Shown: positions 47,408-58,128, numbered from the stretch's first letter. The stretch is 64,000 bases of DNA from Flavobacteriaceae bacterium (GCA_964230805.1 CAXRIA010000002.1:23664-87663), one strand, 5' to 3'. The notes: generated by a model not told the origin, from the sequence alone. Numbers and translations: made by a program.

Positions 47408-48181
47408 ATGGCTAAGACGAAAGAACTGACAGTTGAAGACAAATTAAGATCCCTTTACAAATTGCAATTGATTGACTCTAAAATAGATGATATTAAAAAT
47501 GTAAGAGGTGAACTTCCATTAGAAGTAGAAGATTTAGAAGATGAAATTGCAGGTTTGACGCAAAGACTTTCAAACTTAAACGAAGAGGTAGTAAAACTTC
47601 AAGACGATATTAGCGACAAAAAAAACGCAATCGAAGAAGCCAAAGCATTGGCAAAAAAATACGAAGAGCAACAAAAATCTGTTCGTAACAACAGAGAATT
47701 TGATTCGTTGACCAAAGAAATTGAATACCAACATCTGGAAATTGAATTGGCAGAAAAACGTATCCGAGAGTACAACGCAAAGATTGAACAAAAAAATGAG
47801 ATCATTACAGGCACTACAGAAAAACTGGAAGAGCAAACTTCTCATTTAGATCATAAAAAAAGCGAATTGGAGGCCATTTCAAAAGAAACAGAAAAGGAAG
47901 AAGAATTGATGAATAAAATGTCTGAAGAACTTTCTGAAAAAATAGACGCACACTTATTGAAAGCCTACAGAAGAATCCGTTCAAACGTTAAAAATGGCTT
48001 GGCCGTTGTTTCTATCGAAAGAGGTGCGGCAGGCGGATCGTTTTTTACCATTCCGCCACAAGTACAAATTGAAATTGCTTCTCGCAAAAAAATTACGATT
48101 GACGAGCACAGTGGTCGTATTTTAGTAGATGCCACTTTAGCTGATGAAGAGGCCGCTGCTTTGGAGCAAATTCTAGGATAA
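47408..48181 (+). CDS. COG1579-type coiled-coil protein with degenerate (Cys-less) zinc-ribbon tail
   Basis: Long coiled coil, then a tail (LKAYRRIR...ERGAAGGSFFTIPPQ...DEHSGRILV) that aligns to the CxxC...CxxCGRIL ribbon of this family. The protein contains no Cys at all. Starts 2 nt after the NIF3 stop. Confidence 0.75.
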   Translation: MAKTKELTVEDKLRSLYKLQLIDSKIDDIKNVRGELPLEVEDLEDEIAGLTQRLSNLNEEVVKLQDDISDKKNAIEEAKALAKKYEEQQKSVRNNREFDSLTKEIEYQHLEIELAEKRIREYNAKIEQKNEIITGTTEKLEEQTSHLDHKKSELEAISKETEKEEELMNKMSEELSEKIDAHLLKAYRRIRSNVKNGLAVVSIERGAAGGSFFTIPPQVQIEIASRKKITIDEHSGRILVDATLADEEAAALEQILG

Positions 48182-48202
48182 TTTATTTGGAAAGCCCTAA
48201 CT

Positions 48203-48238
48203 AAAAAAAACCGCAATGAATCCATTGCGGTTTTTTTT
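48203..48238. terminator. Bidirectional terminator between the convergent COG1579 gene and glyA
   Basis: A8-CCGCAATG-aatc-CATTGCGG-T8. Confidence 0.85.
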
Positions 48239-48326
48239 GTGCCTTATCTCCTGGTATCAATCACTCACAAAAAAATCCCAAATCAAGATGAAATGGGATT
48301 TCTTTTTAAAATAAAAAATTCTTTCA

Positions 48327-49601
48327 TTAGGCATTGAACAACGGTCGGCCGCTCATCAAAGCGTTTACTTTTGCTCCAACAGCTTCCAGCACAGCTTCGT
48401 CTTCAAAATTTACAATTACCTCATCAATCAAATCGACCACAGTGGCCATATCTTCCGCTTTCAAACCTCGGGTTGTAACTGCAGAAGCACCGATGCGAAT
48501 TCCTGATGTCACAAAAGGAGATTTGTCATCAAATGGAACCATATTTTTATTCACGGTAATATCCGCTTTTACTAAGGCCTGTTCGGCATCCTTTCCTGAA
48601 ATATTTTTGTTACGCAAATCGATTAACATACAATGGTTGTCTGTACCTCCTGAAATCAATTTGTACCCTTTGGCTACAAAAGCAGCTGCCAGAGCCGCAG
48701 CATTTTCTTTTACTCTTATCTGGTAGTGCAAGAAATCGTCTGTCAAGGCTTCCCCAAAAGCAATGGCTTTGGCAGCAATCACATGTTCCAAAGGCCCACC
48801 TTGCATTCCTGGAAAAACGGCGGCATTTAACAAACCTGACATTTTTCTCAAAGAACCATTTTTCAATTTGATTCCCATTTTGTTCTCAAAATCTTCTCCC
48901 ATCATAATCATTCCACCTCTAGGCCCTCTCAAAGTTTTGTGAGTTGTGGTCGTTACAAAATGACAATGCGGCATTGGATCGTTTAACAAACCTTTGGCAA
49001 TCATCCCTGATGGATGCGAAATATCTGCTAGCAAATAAGCATCAACACTATCTGCAATTTCTCTAAAACGAGCGAAATCTATATCTCTTGAGTAGGAAGA
49101 AGCACCTGCAATGATCAATTTTGGCTTTTCTTCCAAGGCTATTTTTTGAATATTATCGTAATTCAAACGCCCTGTCTCCTCTTCCACGCCATAAAAAGAA
49201 GTTTGATATGTTTTTCCTGAAAAGTTTACCGGAGATCCATGTGTCAAATGACCTCCATGCGACAAGTCAAAACCTAAAATCTTGTCTCCTGGCTTCAAAA
49301 CCGCCAAATAAACTGCAGCGTTCGCTTGCGATCCTGAATGTGGCTGTACGTTTACATAAGCAGCTCCAAACAACTCTTTTGCCCTGTCGATCGCAATTTG
49401 CTCTACGACATCTACCACTTCACATCCTCCGTAATAGCGTTTTCCTGGATATCCTTCCGCATATTTGTTTGTCAATACAGAACCTTGCGCTTCCATCACT
49501 TGTTCGCTTACAAAATTTTCCGAAGCGATTAATTCCAGTCCTTCTAGTTGTCTCTCTTTTTCGTCTTGAATTAAGTCGAAGATGATTTGATCTCGTTGCA
49601 T
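48327..49601 (-). CDS. glyA: Serine hydroxymethyltransferase
   Basis: PLP-lysine block [14 protein letters not shown]. Full-length at 424 aa. Confidence 0.97.
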   Translation of the reverse strand: MQRDQIIFDLIQDEKERQLEGLELIASENFVSEQVMEAQGSVLTNKYAEGYPGKRYYGGCEVVDVVEQIAIDRAKELFGAAYVNVQPHSGSQANAAVYLAVLKPGDKILGFDLSHGGHLTHGSPVNFSGKTYQTSFYGVEEETGRLNYDNIQKIALEEKPKLIIAGASSYSRDIDFARFREIADSVDAYLLADISHPSGMIAKGLLNDPMPHCHFVTTTTHKTLRGPRGGMIMMGEDFENKMGIKLKNGSLRKMSGLLNAAVFPGMQGGPLEHVIAAKAIAFGEALTDDFLHYQIRVKENAAALAAAFVAKGYKLISGGTDNHCMLIDLRNKNISGKDAEQALVKADITVNKNMVPFDDKSPFVTSGIRIGASAVTTRGLKAEDMATVVDLIDEVIVNFEDEAVLEAVGAKVNALMSGRPLFNA

Positions 49602-49635
49602 TCTTTACGATTTACAGTTGATTAAAAATAAAACG

Positions 49636-49643
49636 CAAAATTA
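49636..49643 (-). promoter_or_regulatory. -7 box (TAATTTTG) for glyA
   Basis: Plus strand reads CAAAATTA. It lies 34 nt upstream of the glyA ATG. Confidence 0.35.
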
Positions 49644-49806
49644 CAAATTCTCTTTTGTATTTGATAACAGAAAGGAAAGAAAAATTAACAGGATATAAAC
49701 ATTTCTTGACTCCTTTAGAAAACATACCCTATCGGAGATTCCACAAGAAAAGAGCAAGCAAGTTTCTAAAGAATCAGAAAACACAAAATTTGCTTTGAAG
49801 TGACCG

Positions 49807-50199
49807 TTACTCCGATAGATTCAAATAGGCCTCTAAATCAATGTTCAAAATATCGTGGTGAGAATCATGGGTTCCCAAAACCCCATTTTGAAAAACCAAA
49901 AGTTGTGGCGATTGATGCGTTACATCAAATTTTTCTGCAACAGCAGCAGACAGAGGTCGGTGGTTCAATAAATCCAAAAGATAGAAATCAACCTGTCCAT
50001 TCAACGATTCGTATTTGTTCTCAAATTGTCGCAAAACACTGCTGCTAATTCCACAACGTGTACTATGTTTGAACAAAACAACAACCTTGTCATCCGAATT
50101 TTGAATGGTTTCCAATTGCCCTTCTGAGACCAACGAAATCCAAGCTATTTTGACTTTTTTTTCCTTTTCTCCCCCAAAAACTTTGTCCAATAAACCCAT
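49807..50199 (-). CDS. ytxJ: YtxJ/BrxC-like monothiol thioredoxin-fold protein (bacillithiol system)
   Basis: Thioredoxin-like size at 130 aa, with a single active-site Cys in the context HSTRCGISS (TxCxxS type). Confidence 0.7.
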   Translation of the reverse strand: MGLLDKVFGGEKEKKVKIAWISLVSEGQLETIQNSDDKVVVLFKHSTRCGISSSVLRQFENKYESLNGQVDFYLLDLLNHRPLSAAVAEKFDVTHQSPQLLVFQNGVLGTHDSHHDILNIDLEAYLNLSE

Positions 50200-50423
50200 A
50201 TTTTTTGATTTTAAGTTATTTCAGTGCAAAAATACAAGATTCTTTTACCACAAAACCAAAAGAATGAACAAAATTATCTTTGATTTTTTGACGAATCGTC
50301 ATTTTTCAAGCCAAATTGTCTCGTTTTTTGATTCGTTTCAAGACAGTTTGACCTGTAACAGCCCAAAAAAAACCTTGGAATGCTCTTTGAGCTTTGAATT
50401 ACAAAATTTTAGAAAGAAGTGTT

Positions 50424-53012
50424 ATGAACTTAAATAATTTTACCATAAAAGCACAGGAGGCTGTTCAAAAAGCGCAACAAATTGCACACGAACACGAACA
50501 CCAACTCATCGAAAACACACACATTTTCAAAGCAATCTTAGATGTTGACGAAAATGCGACACCCTTCGTCTTGAAAAAACTAGGGGTCAATATCGCCGTT
50601 TTCAAACAAGTGATTGCAAGCAGTTTAAAAAACTTTCCGAAAGTAACCGGAGGAACCGTAGCCCTGTCTCGTACTTCAAATACGACCCTACTCGACGCCA
50701 ATAGCATCGCAAAAAAAATGAAGGATGAATTCGTTGCTATTGAACACATACTTATGGCCCTTTTAAAAAACAAAGACCTTGTTTCTCAACAACTAAAAGA
50801 CCAAGGTATCAACGAAAAGGAGCTCAAGGCTGCCATTGAAGAATTGAGAGGTGGACAACAAGTGAAATCCCAATCCGCAGAAGACACCTACAATGCTTTG
50901 AGCAAATACGCAAAAAACTTAAACCAATTGGCCAGTGATGGCAAACTGGATCCTGTTATTGGAAGAGACGAAGAAATTAGAAGAATTCTTCAAATATTGT
51001 CGAGACGTACCAAAAACAACCCCATGCTGGTAGGAGAACCAGGCGTGGGTAAAACAGCCATTGCTGAGGGATTGGCCCATCGAATCATTCAAGGCGACAT
51101 TCCTGAAAATTTAAAAACCAAACAAATTTTCTCTTTGGATATGGGCGCATTGATTGCCGGTGCAAAATACAAAGGAGAATTTGAAGAGCGTTTGAAATCA
51201 GTTGTGAAAGAAGTAACCTCCTCTGATGGCAACATCGTTCTTTTTATTGATGAAATTCACACATTGGTTGGCGCAGGCGGAGGCGAAGGTGCTATGGATG
51301 CCGCCAATATACTGAAACCCGCACTGGCAAGAGGTGAACTCCGTGCAATTGGAGCCACAACTCTCGATGAATACCAAAAATATTTCGAAAAAGACAAAGC
51401 ATTGGAACGTCGTTTTCAAAAAGTAATCGTAGACGAACCTTCTGCTGAGAGTGCCATCTCTATCTTAAGAGGAATCAAAGACAAGTACGAAGTGCATCAC
51501 AAAGTACGCATCAAAGACGAAGCTGTGATTGCTGCCGTGGAATTGTCGCAACGCTACATAACAAACCGTTTTTTACCTGACAAAGCCATTGATTTAATTG
51601 ACGAATCCGCATCAAAAATGCGTATGGAAATCAATTCAAAACCGGAAGAGCTAGACGTTTTAGACAGAAAAATAATGCAACTCGAAATTGAAATCGAGGC
51701 CATCAAACGTGAAAAAGACAAAAACAAATGGAATCATTTGAAAAAAGAACTCGCCAATCTCAAAGAAAACAGAGATGACTTGTACAGCAAATGGAAAAGC
51801 GAGAAAGACCTTGTCGACAAGGTTCAAAAAATTAAAGAGACTATTGAAAACCATAAACTGGAGGCAGACAAAGCCGAGCGAGAAGGCAACTATGGATTGG
51901 TAGCCGAACTGCGATATGGGAAAATTAAAAATGCCCAAGAGTCGCTTGATGAACTTCAAAAAAAAGTGATTGACAATCAAGAAAATGCCTTGATAAAAGA
52001 AGAAGTCACCTCAGATGATATAGCTGAAGTTGTGGCCAAATGGACAGGGATTCCCGTTCAGAAAATGCTACAAAGTGAACGCGAAAAATTACTTGTGCTC
52101 GAAGATGAACTGCACAAAAGAGTAATTGGTCAAGACGAAGCCATTGAAGCTGTCTCTGATGCTGTGCGACGCTCAAGAGCAGGCTTACAAGATGAAAAGA
52201 AACCCTTGGGATCCTTTTTATTTCTCGGAACCACAGGCGTTGGAAAAACAGAGCTCGCCAAAGCACTCGCTGCCTATTTGTTCGACGACGAAAGCGCCAT
52301 GACAAGATTGGATATGAGTGAATACCAGGAACGCCATGCCGTCAGTCGATTGGTAGGAGCTCCCCCGGGTTACGTAGGTTATGACGAGGGTGGGCAATTG
52401 ACAGAAGCTGTGCGAAGAAAACCTTATTCCGTCGTTCTGCTCGATGAAATTGAAAAAGCACATCCCGATACCTTTAATATTTTGTTGCAAGTATTGGACG
52501 AAGGAAGACTGACCGATAACAAAGGAAGAATTGCCGATTTTAAAAACACGATCATCATCATGACTTCCAACCTAGGGTCAGACAAAATTCAAGACCGTTT
52601 TGAGAATGTCAAAAATGAGAGCAAGGACCGAACTACTCAAAGAGCAAAAGAGGATGTTATGGGGGTTTTAAAAAACACCATTCGACCAGAGTTTTTAAAT
52701 CGAATAGATGACATCATTCTATTCACGCCTTTGGACAGAAAAGAAATTCAAGAAATTGTATGCATGCAACTCGAAGGGCTTTCGGAGATGTTGTTAGAAA
52801 AACAAATTTTTCTCGAAGCGACCGAAGATGCTATTGAAACACTGTCAGAAAAAGGATTCGACCCGCAGTTTGGGGCGCGTCCTGTGAAGCGTGTGGTTCA
52901 AAAAGAGGTGTTAAATGCCTTGTCTAAAGAAATATTGGCAGGAAATATAAAACCCAGTCAACATATTTTACTCGACGCGTTTGACGGAAAATTTGTTTTC
53001 AGAAACAATTAA
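50424..53012 (+). CDS. clpB: ATP-dependent chaperone ClpB
   Basis: Two AAA+ modules ([16 protein letters not shown]) separated by the long coiled-coil middle domain. Start trimmed to the ATG at 50424 ([13 protein letters not shown]). Confidence 0.96.
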   Translation: MNLNNFTIKAQEAVQKAQQIAHEHEHQLIENTHIFKAILDVDENATPFVLKKLGVNIAVFKQVIASSLKNFPKVTGGTVALSRTSNTTLLDANSIAKKMKDEFVAIEHILMALLKNKDLVSQQLKDQGINEKELKAAIEELRGGQQVKSQSAEDTYNALSKYAKNLNQLASDGKLDPVIGRDEEIRRILQILSRRTKNNPMLVGEPGVGKTAIAEGLAHRIIQGDIPENLKTKQIFSLDMGALIAGAKYKGEFEERLKSVVKEVTSSDGNIVLFIDEIHTLVGAGGGEGAMDAANILKPALARGELRAIGATTLDEYQKYFEKDKALERRFQKVIVDEPSAESAISILRGIKDKYEVHHKVRIKDEAVIAAVELSQRYITNRFLPDKAIDLIDESASKMRMEINSKPEELDVLDRKIMQLEIEIEAIKREKDKNKWNHLKKELANLKENRDDLYSKWKSEKDLVDKVQKIKETIENHKLEADKAEREGNYGLVAELRYGKIKNAQESLDELQKKVIDNQENALIKEEVTSDDIAEVVAKWTGIPVQKMLQSEREKLLVLEDELHKRVIGQDEAIEAVSDAVRRSRAGLQDEKKPLGSFLFLGTTGVGKTELAKALAAYLFDDESAMTRLDMSEYQERHAVSRLVGAPPGYVGYDEGGQLTEAVRRKPYSVVLLDEIEKAHPDTFNILLQVLDEGRLTDNKGRIADFKNTIIIMTSNLGSDKIQDRFENVKNESKDRTTQRAKEDVMGVLKNTIRPEFLNRIDDIILFTPLDRKEIQEIVCMQLEGLSEMLLEKQIFLEATEDAIETLSEKGFDPQFGARPVKRVVQKEVLNALSKEILAGNIKPSQHILLDAFDGKFVFRNN

Positions 53013-53024
53013 AAACGAAACTAG

Positions 53025-53061
53025 ACGCGCTTTGCATTTTTTTGCGAGGCGCGTATTTTTT
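53025..53061. terminator. Terminator hairpin between convergent clpB and lgt
   Basis: GC-rich stem ACGCGC...GCGCGT with inner TGCA/TGCG pairing, followed by ATTTTTTG on the plus strand. Confidence 0.55.
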
Positions 53062-53086
53062 GTGCAATCTAAAACACTTGACGCGA

Positions 53087-53905
53087 TTAGACTTTCACTT
53101 GCTGATTTGCTTTGATAACAAAATAAACACCCGTCAAAACGAGTGGTATGCTCAACCATTGTCCGGTATTTAAAACCCACGCCCCTCTTTCATCAATTTG
53201 AGCTTCTTTCCAGAACTCAACGAGGAACCTCAAAGACCACAGGGTTGCAAAAAAGAGACCAAACAAATAACCTTGTTGTTCTTTTTTATTGGTATTCCAG
53301 TACATTTTCCACAACAAAATAAAAACGAGCAAATACCCAAACGCCTCATACAATTGCGTCGGATGTCTAGGAAAATCTTCTCCCAATTGCTGAAATACAA
53401 ACCCAAAATTCGTCCCCGTCGGCTTTCCGACAATTTCGGAATTCATAAGGTTTCCTATTCGAATAAAAAAGCCTGCCAAGGCCACGACAATCCCCAAGCG
53501 ATCAAGGATAAATAGCAAAGGCTTTTTTAAAATTTTCTTACTGTAAACATACAAGGCTGTAATGATACCAATGGCCGCACCATGACTTGCCAACCCCGCA
53601 AAACCGGTAAAACGAAAAGGTGAAAATTTCACAGGCAACAAAATTTCCGCCAAATGATTTTTAAAATAGGCCCAATCGTAAAAAAACACATGACCCAAGC
53701 GAGCCCCGACAATGGTCGCCAAAACAGTATACACAAAAAGCTTGTCTAATTTTTCTAAAGAAATCTGATCGTTTAAGTATATTTTTTTCATCAATCGCAA
53801 GCCAATTCCAAAGGCAAGAACAAACATCAGACTGTAATAGCGGACGGTAAAAAACCCCAAATCAATCCCCAAAGCAGGATCCCAATTCACAGAAAGTAAC
53901 GGCAT
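53087..53905 (-). CDS. lgt: Prolipoprotein diacylglyceryl transferase
   Basis: Lgt signature RHPTQLYEAFGY and multiple TM helices. Start trimmed to the ATG at 53905 (MPLLSVNWDP...); the track ORF extends 31 codons into the yidD 3' end. Confidence 0.92.
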   Translation of the reverse strand: MPLLSVNWDPALGIDLGFFTVRYYSLMFVLAFGIGLRLMKKIYLNDQISLEKLDKLFVYTVLATIVGARLGHVFFYDWAYFKNHLAEILLPVKFSPFRFTGFAGLASHGAAIGIITALYVYSKKILKKPLLFILDRLGIVVALAGFFIRIGNLMNSEIVGKPTGTNFGFVFQQLGEDFPRHPTQLYEAFGYLLVFILLWKMYWNTNKKEQQGYLFGLFFATLWSLRFLVEFWKEAQIDERGAWVLNTGQWLSIPLVLTGVYFVIKANQQVKV

Positions 53906-53955
53906 ATGTAGTAATTTAAATTTATTTGTTTTTAACGCTGACGAATACTCTTTTT

Positions 53956-54180
53956 TTAAGGCACTGGATCGTGTCCTTTTCCTCCCCAAGGATGGCATCG
54001 TAGTATTCTTTTCAAAGACAACAATCCACCTTTTAAAATTCCGTGTTTCTTCAATGCTTCAAGGGCATACTGCGAGCATGTTGGATGAAACCTGCAAGCA
54101 GCGGGTGTGTAAGGAGACACCGCAACCTGATAAAACCGAATCAACCCTACAAAAGGAAATATTAGAATTTTTTTCAACAT
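53956..54180 (-). CDS. yidD: Membrane protein insertion efficiency factor YidD
   Basis: [11 protein letters not shown] motif. The ATG at 54180 shares one base with the cysS TGA stop (TGATG on the minus strand). Confidence 0.9.
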   Translation of the reverse strand: MLKKILIFPFVGLIRFYQVAVSPYTPAACRFHPTCSQYALEALKKHGILKGGLLSLKRILRCHPWGGKGHDPVP

Positions 54181-55658
54181 CAATTTATGGAAAAAGTAGT
54201 CCCCTCTTTTCCGTCTTTTAACTGAACTCCCAGTGCCAGAAGTTCGTCTCTTATTTGATCAGAAAGCGCCCAATTTTTATTCTCTCTAGCTTCTTTTCGC
54301 AATCGTATCAAAAGCGCAACAACGCCGTTTAATGTGTCTGAGTTGCCCTCTACTGCCTCATTGACCAAGCCCAAAACGTCGTAAACAAAATTGTTCAAGG
54401 TATTTTGCAACAAGGCCAAATCTTCGGCATGCAAAGTTTCTTTGCCATCGTTTAACAAATTGACATACTTCACCCCTTCAAAAAGATGGGCAATCAGAAC
54501 AGGACTATTGAAATCATCGTTCATGGCCTTGTAACAATTCGCTACCCAATTTGAAATATCCAAGGTTGACTCCAAAGCAACAGGTAAATCCTTCAATAGA
54601 TTCATTCCTTGCATCAGTTTTTGAAAACCTTTTTCTGAGGCTTCCATGGCTTCACTTGAAAAATCTAGTATGCTTCTGTAATGTGCCTGTAACATAAAAA
54701 AACGAGTGACACTAGGAGAAAAAGCTTTGTCTAATTTGTCATTTTCTCCTGAGAAAATTTCGTTGGGTAAAATATTGTTCCCTGTAGACTTCGCCATTTT
54801 TTGGCCATTCAAAGTCAACATATTTGCGTGCATCCAATAATTCACAGGGGCCACACCATTGGAACATGTCGCTTGTGCAATCTCGCATTCGTGATGCGGA
54901 AATTTTAAATCCATGCCTCCCCCATGTATATCAAAATGCTCTCCTAGATATTTCGTGCTCATCGCAGTACATTCCAAATGCCATCCCGGAAACCCATCAC
55001 TCCAAGGCGAGGGCCAACGCATGATATGCTCTGGATTGGCTTTTTTCCAAAGGGCAAAGTCTTGAGGATTTTTCTTTTCAGACTGTCCTTCTAAATCTCT
55101 TGTATTGTGAATGGAATCTTCTATATTTCGTCCGGAGAGTACTCCATATTGATCGGATTCGTTGTATTTGAGAACATCAAAATACACGGATCCATTCGCC
55201 TCATAGGCCATTCCCTTTTTTAGGATATTTTTAATGATTTCTATTTGTTCTAAAATATGGCCTGTCGCTGTCGGTTCAATACTAGGCGGTAAATTATTGA
55301 ATTTTTGCAAGGTCTTGTGAAAATCGACTGTGTAACGTTGTACCACTTCCATCGGTTCAATTTGTTCAATACGTGCCTTTTTCGCAATGCGGTCTTCTCC
55401 ACTATCGGCATCATTCTCCAAATGTCCTGCATCCGTGATATTTCGAACGTAACGCACTTTGTACCCCAAGTGTTTTAAATACCGAAAAATCAAATCAAAA
55501 GACATAAAGGTACGCACATTGCCCAAATGCACATTGCTGTACACTGTTGGACCACAAACATACATTCCTACATTTCCTTCGTTTATAGGTTTGAATACTT
55601 GTTTTTCTTTGGCCAATGAATTGTAAATCTTAAGTTGATTTTTCTTGTATAATTCCAT
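54180..55658 (-). CDS. cysS: Cysteine--tRNA ligase
   Basis: HIGH-type motif (SNVHLGNVR), KMSKS-type motif (KMAKSTGN), and [16 protein letters not shown]. Confidence 0.96.
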   Translation of the reverse strand: MELYKKNQLKIYNSLAKEKQVFKPINEGNVGMYVCGPTVYSNVHLGNVRTFMSFDLIFRYLKHLGYKVRYVRNITDAGHLENDADSGEDRIAKKARIEQIEPMEVVQRYTVDFHKTLQKFNNLPPSIEPTATGHILEQIEIIKNILKKGMAYEANGSVYFDVLKYNESDQYGVLSGRNIEDSIHNTRDLEGQSEKKNPQDFALWKKANPEHIMRWPSPWSDGFPGWHLECTAMSTKYLGEHFDIHGGGMDLKFPHHECEIAQATCSNGVAPVNYWMHANMLTLNGQKMAKSTGNNILPNEIFSGENDKLDKAFSPSVTRFFMLQAHYRSILDFSSEAMEASEKGFQKLMQGMNLLKDLPVALESTLDISNWVANCYKAMNDDFNSPVLIAHLFEGVKYVNLLNDGKETLHAEDLALLQNTLNNFVYDVLGLVNEAVEGNSDTLNGVVALLIRLRKEARENKNWALSDQIRDELLALGVQLKDGKEGTTFSIN

Positions 55659-55738
55659 GAAGTACTAATTGTTTTTAACGAGGGTAAATATAACAACTAT
55701 TTTGAATTAGATAACGGAAATAGCGAGCCAATAACGCA

Positions 55739-55778
55739 AAAAGAGACGCTTTTTAATAAAAATAAAAACGTCTCTTTT
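55739..55778 (-). terminator. Possible terminator hairpin downstream of the Lrp/AsnC gene
   Basis: 10-bp stem AAAAGAGACG / CGTCTCTTTT, but with a 20-nt AT-rich loop and no clean U-tract on the minus strand. Confidence 0.35.
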
Positions 55779-55799
55779 GGTGCTTTTGATATTCAACGG

Positions 55800-56279
55800 C
55801 TAGTAATCTCTAAAAATAGCGTGCATCATTCGTTTTTTATCGTTGATGCTTTCTTCCAAAGAAATCATTGTTTCCGTTCTATTCACTCCAGGAACATCGT
55901 CAATTTTAAAAATAATGTTCTTGGCATCTTCGGTGTCTTTTGCTCTTATTTTACAAAAAATATTGAATTTCCCTGCCGTTACATAGGCAACGGTCACATT
56001 TGGTATCGTTCGTAAACTCGCAATGACATCTTTGGTCATGGAAGTTTTTTCCAAATAAATTCCGATGTGCGCAATAAAAGCATAGCCCATTTTTTCATAA
56101 TCCAACGTCAATGTAGACCCCTTGATAATTCCTTCTTCCTCCATTTTTTTTACACGAACGTGAATCGTTCCTGCAGAAACCAACAATTTCTTTGCAATGT
56201 CTGTAAATGGGGTTCTTGCATTTTCAATTAAAAGGTCTAAAATTTGGTGATCTACCTCGTCCAAATGATATTTTTTCAT
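55800..56279 (-). CDS. Lrp/AsnC family transcriptional regulator
   Basis: N-terminal HTH (LDEVDHQILDLLIENARTPFTDIAKKLLVSAGTIHVRVKKME) and a C-terminal RAM/AsnC-type ligand domain. Confidence 0.9.
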   Translation of the reverse strand: MKKYHLDEVDHQILDLLIENARTPFTDIAKKLLVSAGTIHVRVKKMEEEGIIKGSTLTLDYEKMGYAFIAHIGIYLEKTSMTKDVIASLRTIPNVTVAYVTAGKFNIFCKIRAKDTEDAKNIIFKIDDVPGVNRTETMISLEESINDKKRMMHAIFRDY

Positions 56280-56367
56280 TTCTTACGATTTTGTTAAATA
56301 TTTAATATAATGCAAAATTAATAAAACATTTTTAAAATTTTCGATACAACCTTGCAAAAAATTCAAT

Positions 56368-57456
56368 TTAATTCCTCTCCAATGACTTATTTTTGAAGTC
56401 CTTCTCTTTGTGCCCAACAAAACCTGTTAAATCTCCTCTTGTAACCTCTTCTTTTTCAAGCACTAAATTGTCTTCCTTTACGATGTAATTGTACTGATAA
56501 GCAATATCCAACACAACATCCCCTGATATCTTTACATTGCGGTAAATGATGTCATAACATCTTTTGTCATTGTTTGGTATAGAGAAATAAGGTTCGTAGT
56601 GGGTGTACTCTGAGTTGTCAGCTACAGACAAAATCCCTTGCAAGAGCGCATAAAAATTAAATTTACGAACTACTTCTCTGTCGTAATCATCGTAATAGTG
56701 CCCTGCTTCAATCAAAATTGTATTGTGTCCTAATTTTTGAAAATTATCTCCTGTAGCCGTCGGGTAAAACTCATCCGTATAACGGCCTACATGACCTGGA
56801 ATCATTTCTTGTAACAAAGCATTCATTTCTACAATGACACTCATCGTTTCTTTTCTACCATTCGTAAGCGTTCGTTCTTCATCTTCCGAGGGTGCTAAAA
56901 ATGAGATTGTAGCTGGATTTTTGGTTCCTTCTACATTGAAAATGGTACGTTGATCGTGCAGGTTAAAACAAAAATGAGGATTGAACGCATCCAAAAGAGA
57001 CCGCAATAATTTACTTTCTTTGGCTTGCAAATCCACCGCATCTCTGTTCAAATCTATCTCATTTGCATTCACACGTGTAAAAGCGGATGAACCGTCAGGA
57101 TTTAACATAGGAACAAAGCAAATGGTGCAATTGTCCAAAATTCTTTGACACGCTTCCTTAAAAACACCTGGATTCTCAAAAAAACGAAACAAATCAAACA
57201 TCGCTTTGGTACCTGTACTTTCATTTCCATGCATCTGAGACCAAACCAAAATTCGTTTGCTTCCGCTTCCTATTCGTACTTGACAAATGGGATTGTTTTT
57301 TTCAGAATTACCCAGAACACTTTTTTCAAACACCTCATCCTTTAAATTACTTAGCAAGGGAGAAATGTCCTCAAATAAAATTCTTCTTCCAAACAATTTA
57401 TTTTGAAAGTGAGTCGTGTACCAATTTTCAAGGGCTGCAATTTCTAGTATTTTCAT
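56368..57456 (-). CDS. M14 family zinc carboxypeptidase-like protein
   Basis: HxxE zinc motif in WSQMHGNESTGT; later NLHDQ and EAGHY blocks. Start trimmed to the ATG at 57456 (MKILEIAALENWY). Confidence 0.8.
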   Translation of the reverse strand: MKILEIAALENWYTTHFQNKLFGRRILFEDISPLLSNLKDEVFEKSVLGNSEKNNPICQVRIGSGSKRILVWSQMHGNESTGTKAMFDLFRFFENPGVFKEACQRILDNCTICFVPMLNPDGSSAFTRVNANEIDLNRDAVDLQAKESKLLRSLLDAFNPHFCFNLHDQRTIFNVEGTKNPATISFLAPSEDEERTLTNGRKETMSVIVEMNALLQEMIPGHVGRYTDEFYPTATGDNFQKLGHNTILIEAGHYYDDYDREVVRKFNFYALLQGILSVADNSEYTHYEPYFSIPNNDKRCYDIIYRNVKISGDVVLDIAYQYNYIVKEDNLVLEKEEVTRGDLTGFVGHKEKDFKNKSLERN

Positions 57457-57457
57457 G

Positions 57458-57714
57458 TTGCAAATGTAAATAAATTGAAGTTTACATTTGTAACAAGACT
57501 TTTTCGATGTATTGATTACATATGTAAACATTCGAGCCAGACCTTTTCCAACCCAATTCACATTTGAAAACGCTCCAATCTTATTTTTATATATTTTATT
57601 TTTATTTTACTTATAATCATTATTTTATGATTGCTTACTTAAACCTTTGGTGTATTAAATAAAAAGAAAACTAGTGGTGGTTGTTTTGTTTTTACAAATA
57701 GTTTACATTTGTAA
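57458..57714. promoter_or_regulatory. Array of four TTACA-NN-TGTAA dyads (putative operators overlapping -7 boxes)
   Basis: The four sites are 57458-57469 TTGCAAATGTAA, 57482-57493 TTACATTTGTAA, 57516-57527 TTACATATGTAA and 57703-57714 TTACATTTGTAA. Confidence 0.5.
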
Positions 57715-57732
57715 AAACAAAAAATTGTTACA

Positions 57733-58128
57733 ATGTTAAACAGTTCAGATTTCACAAAAAGGCTCAAGAAAATAATTGATTTTTACAACATTTCTGCTTC
57801 CAATTTTGCAGATAAAATCAATGTCCCTCGTTCTAGTATCTCACATATTTTGTCGGGAAGAAACAAGCCCAGTCTGGAATTTATCTTAAAAGTCATCGGT
57901 ACTTTTGAAGATGTCGATATCAATTGGTTGCTTTTTGGAACAGGAGATTTTCCAAGGATCTCCCCTACTCCAAACCAAACAAAAAACACGTTGACAGAAA
58001 CCTCTTTGAAAATGGAAGAACATTTTCAAGCCACAAAAAAATCAAATTACGCTTCGTTGCCGTCGATTGAAAAGATTGTGATTTTCTATAGTGATGGTAC
58101 TTTTCAAGATTTTTCTGAGAGGAGTTAG
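57733..58128 (+). CDS. XRE-family helix-turn-helix transcriptional regulator (131 aa)
   Basis: HTH_3-like N-terminus (FTKRLKKIIDFYNISASNFADKINVPRSSISHILSGRNKPSLEFILKV). The C-terminal half is uncharacterised. Confidence 0.82.
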   Translation: MLNSSDFTKRLKKIIDFYNISASNFADKINVPRSSISHILSGRNKPSLEFILKVIGTFEDVDINWLLFGTGDFPRISPTPNQTKNTLTETSLKMEEHFQATKKSNYASLPSIEKIVIFYSDGTFQDFSERS

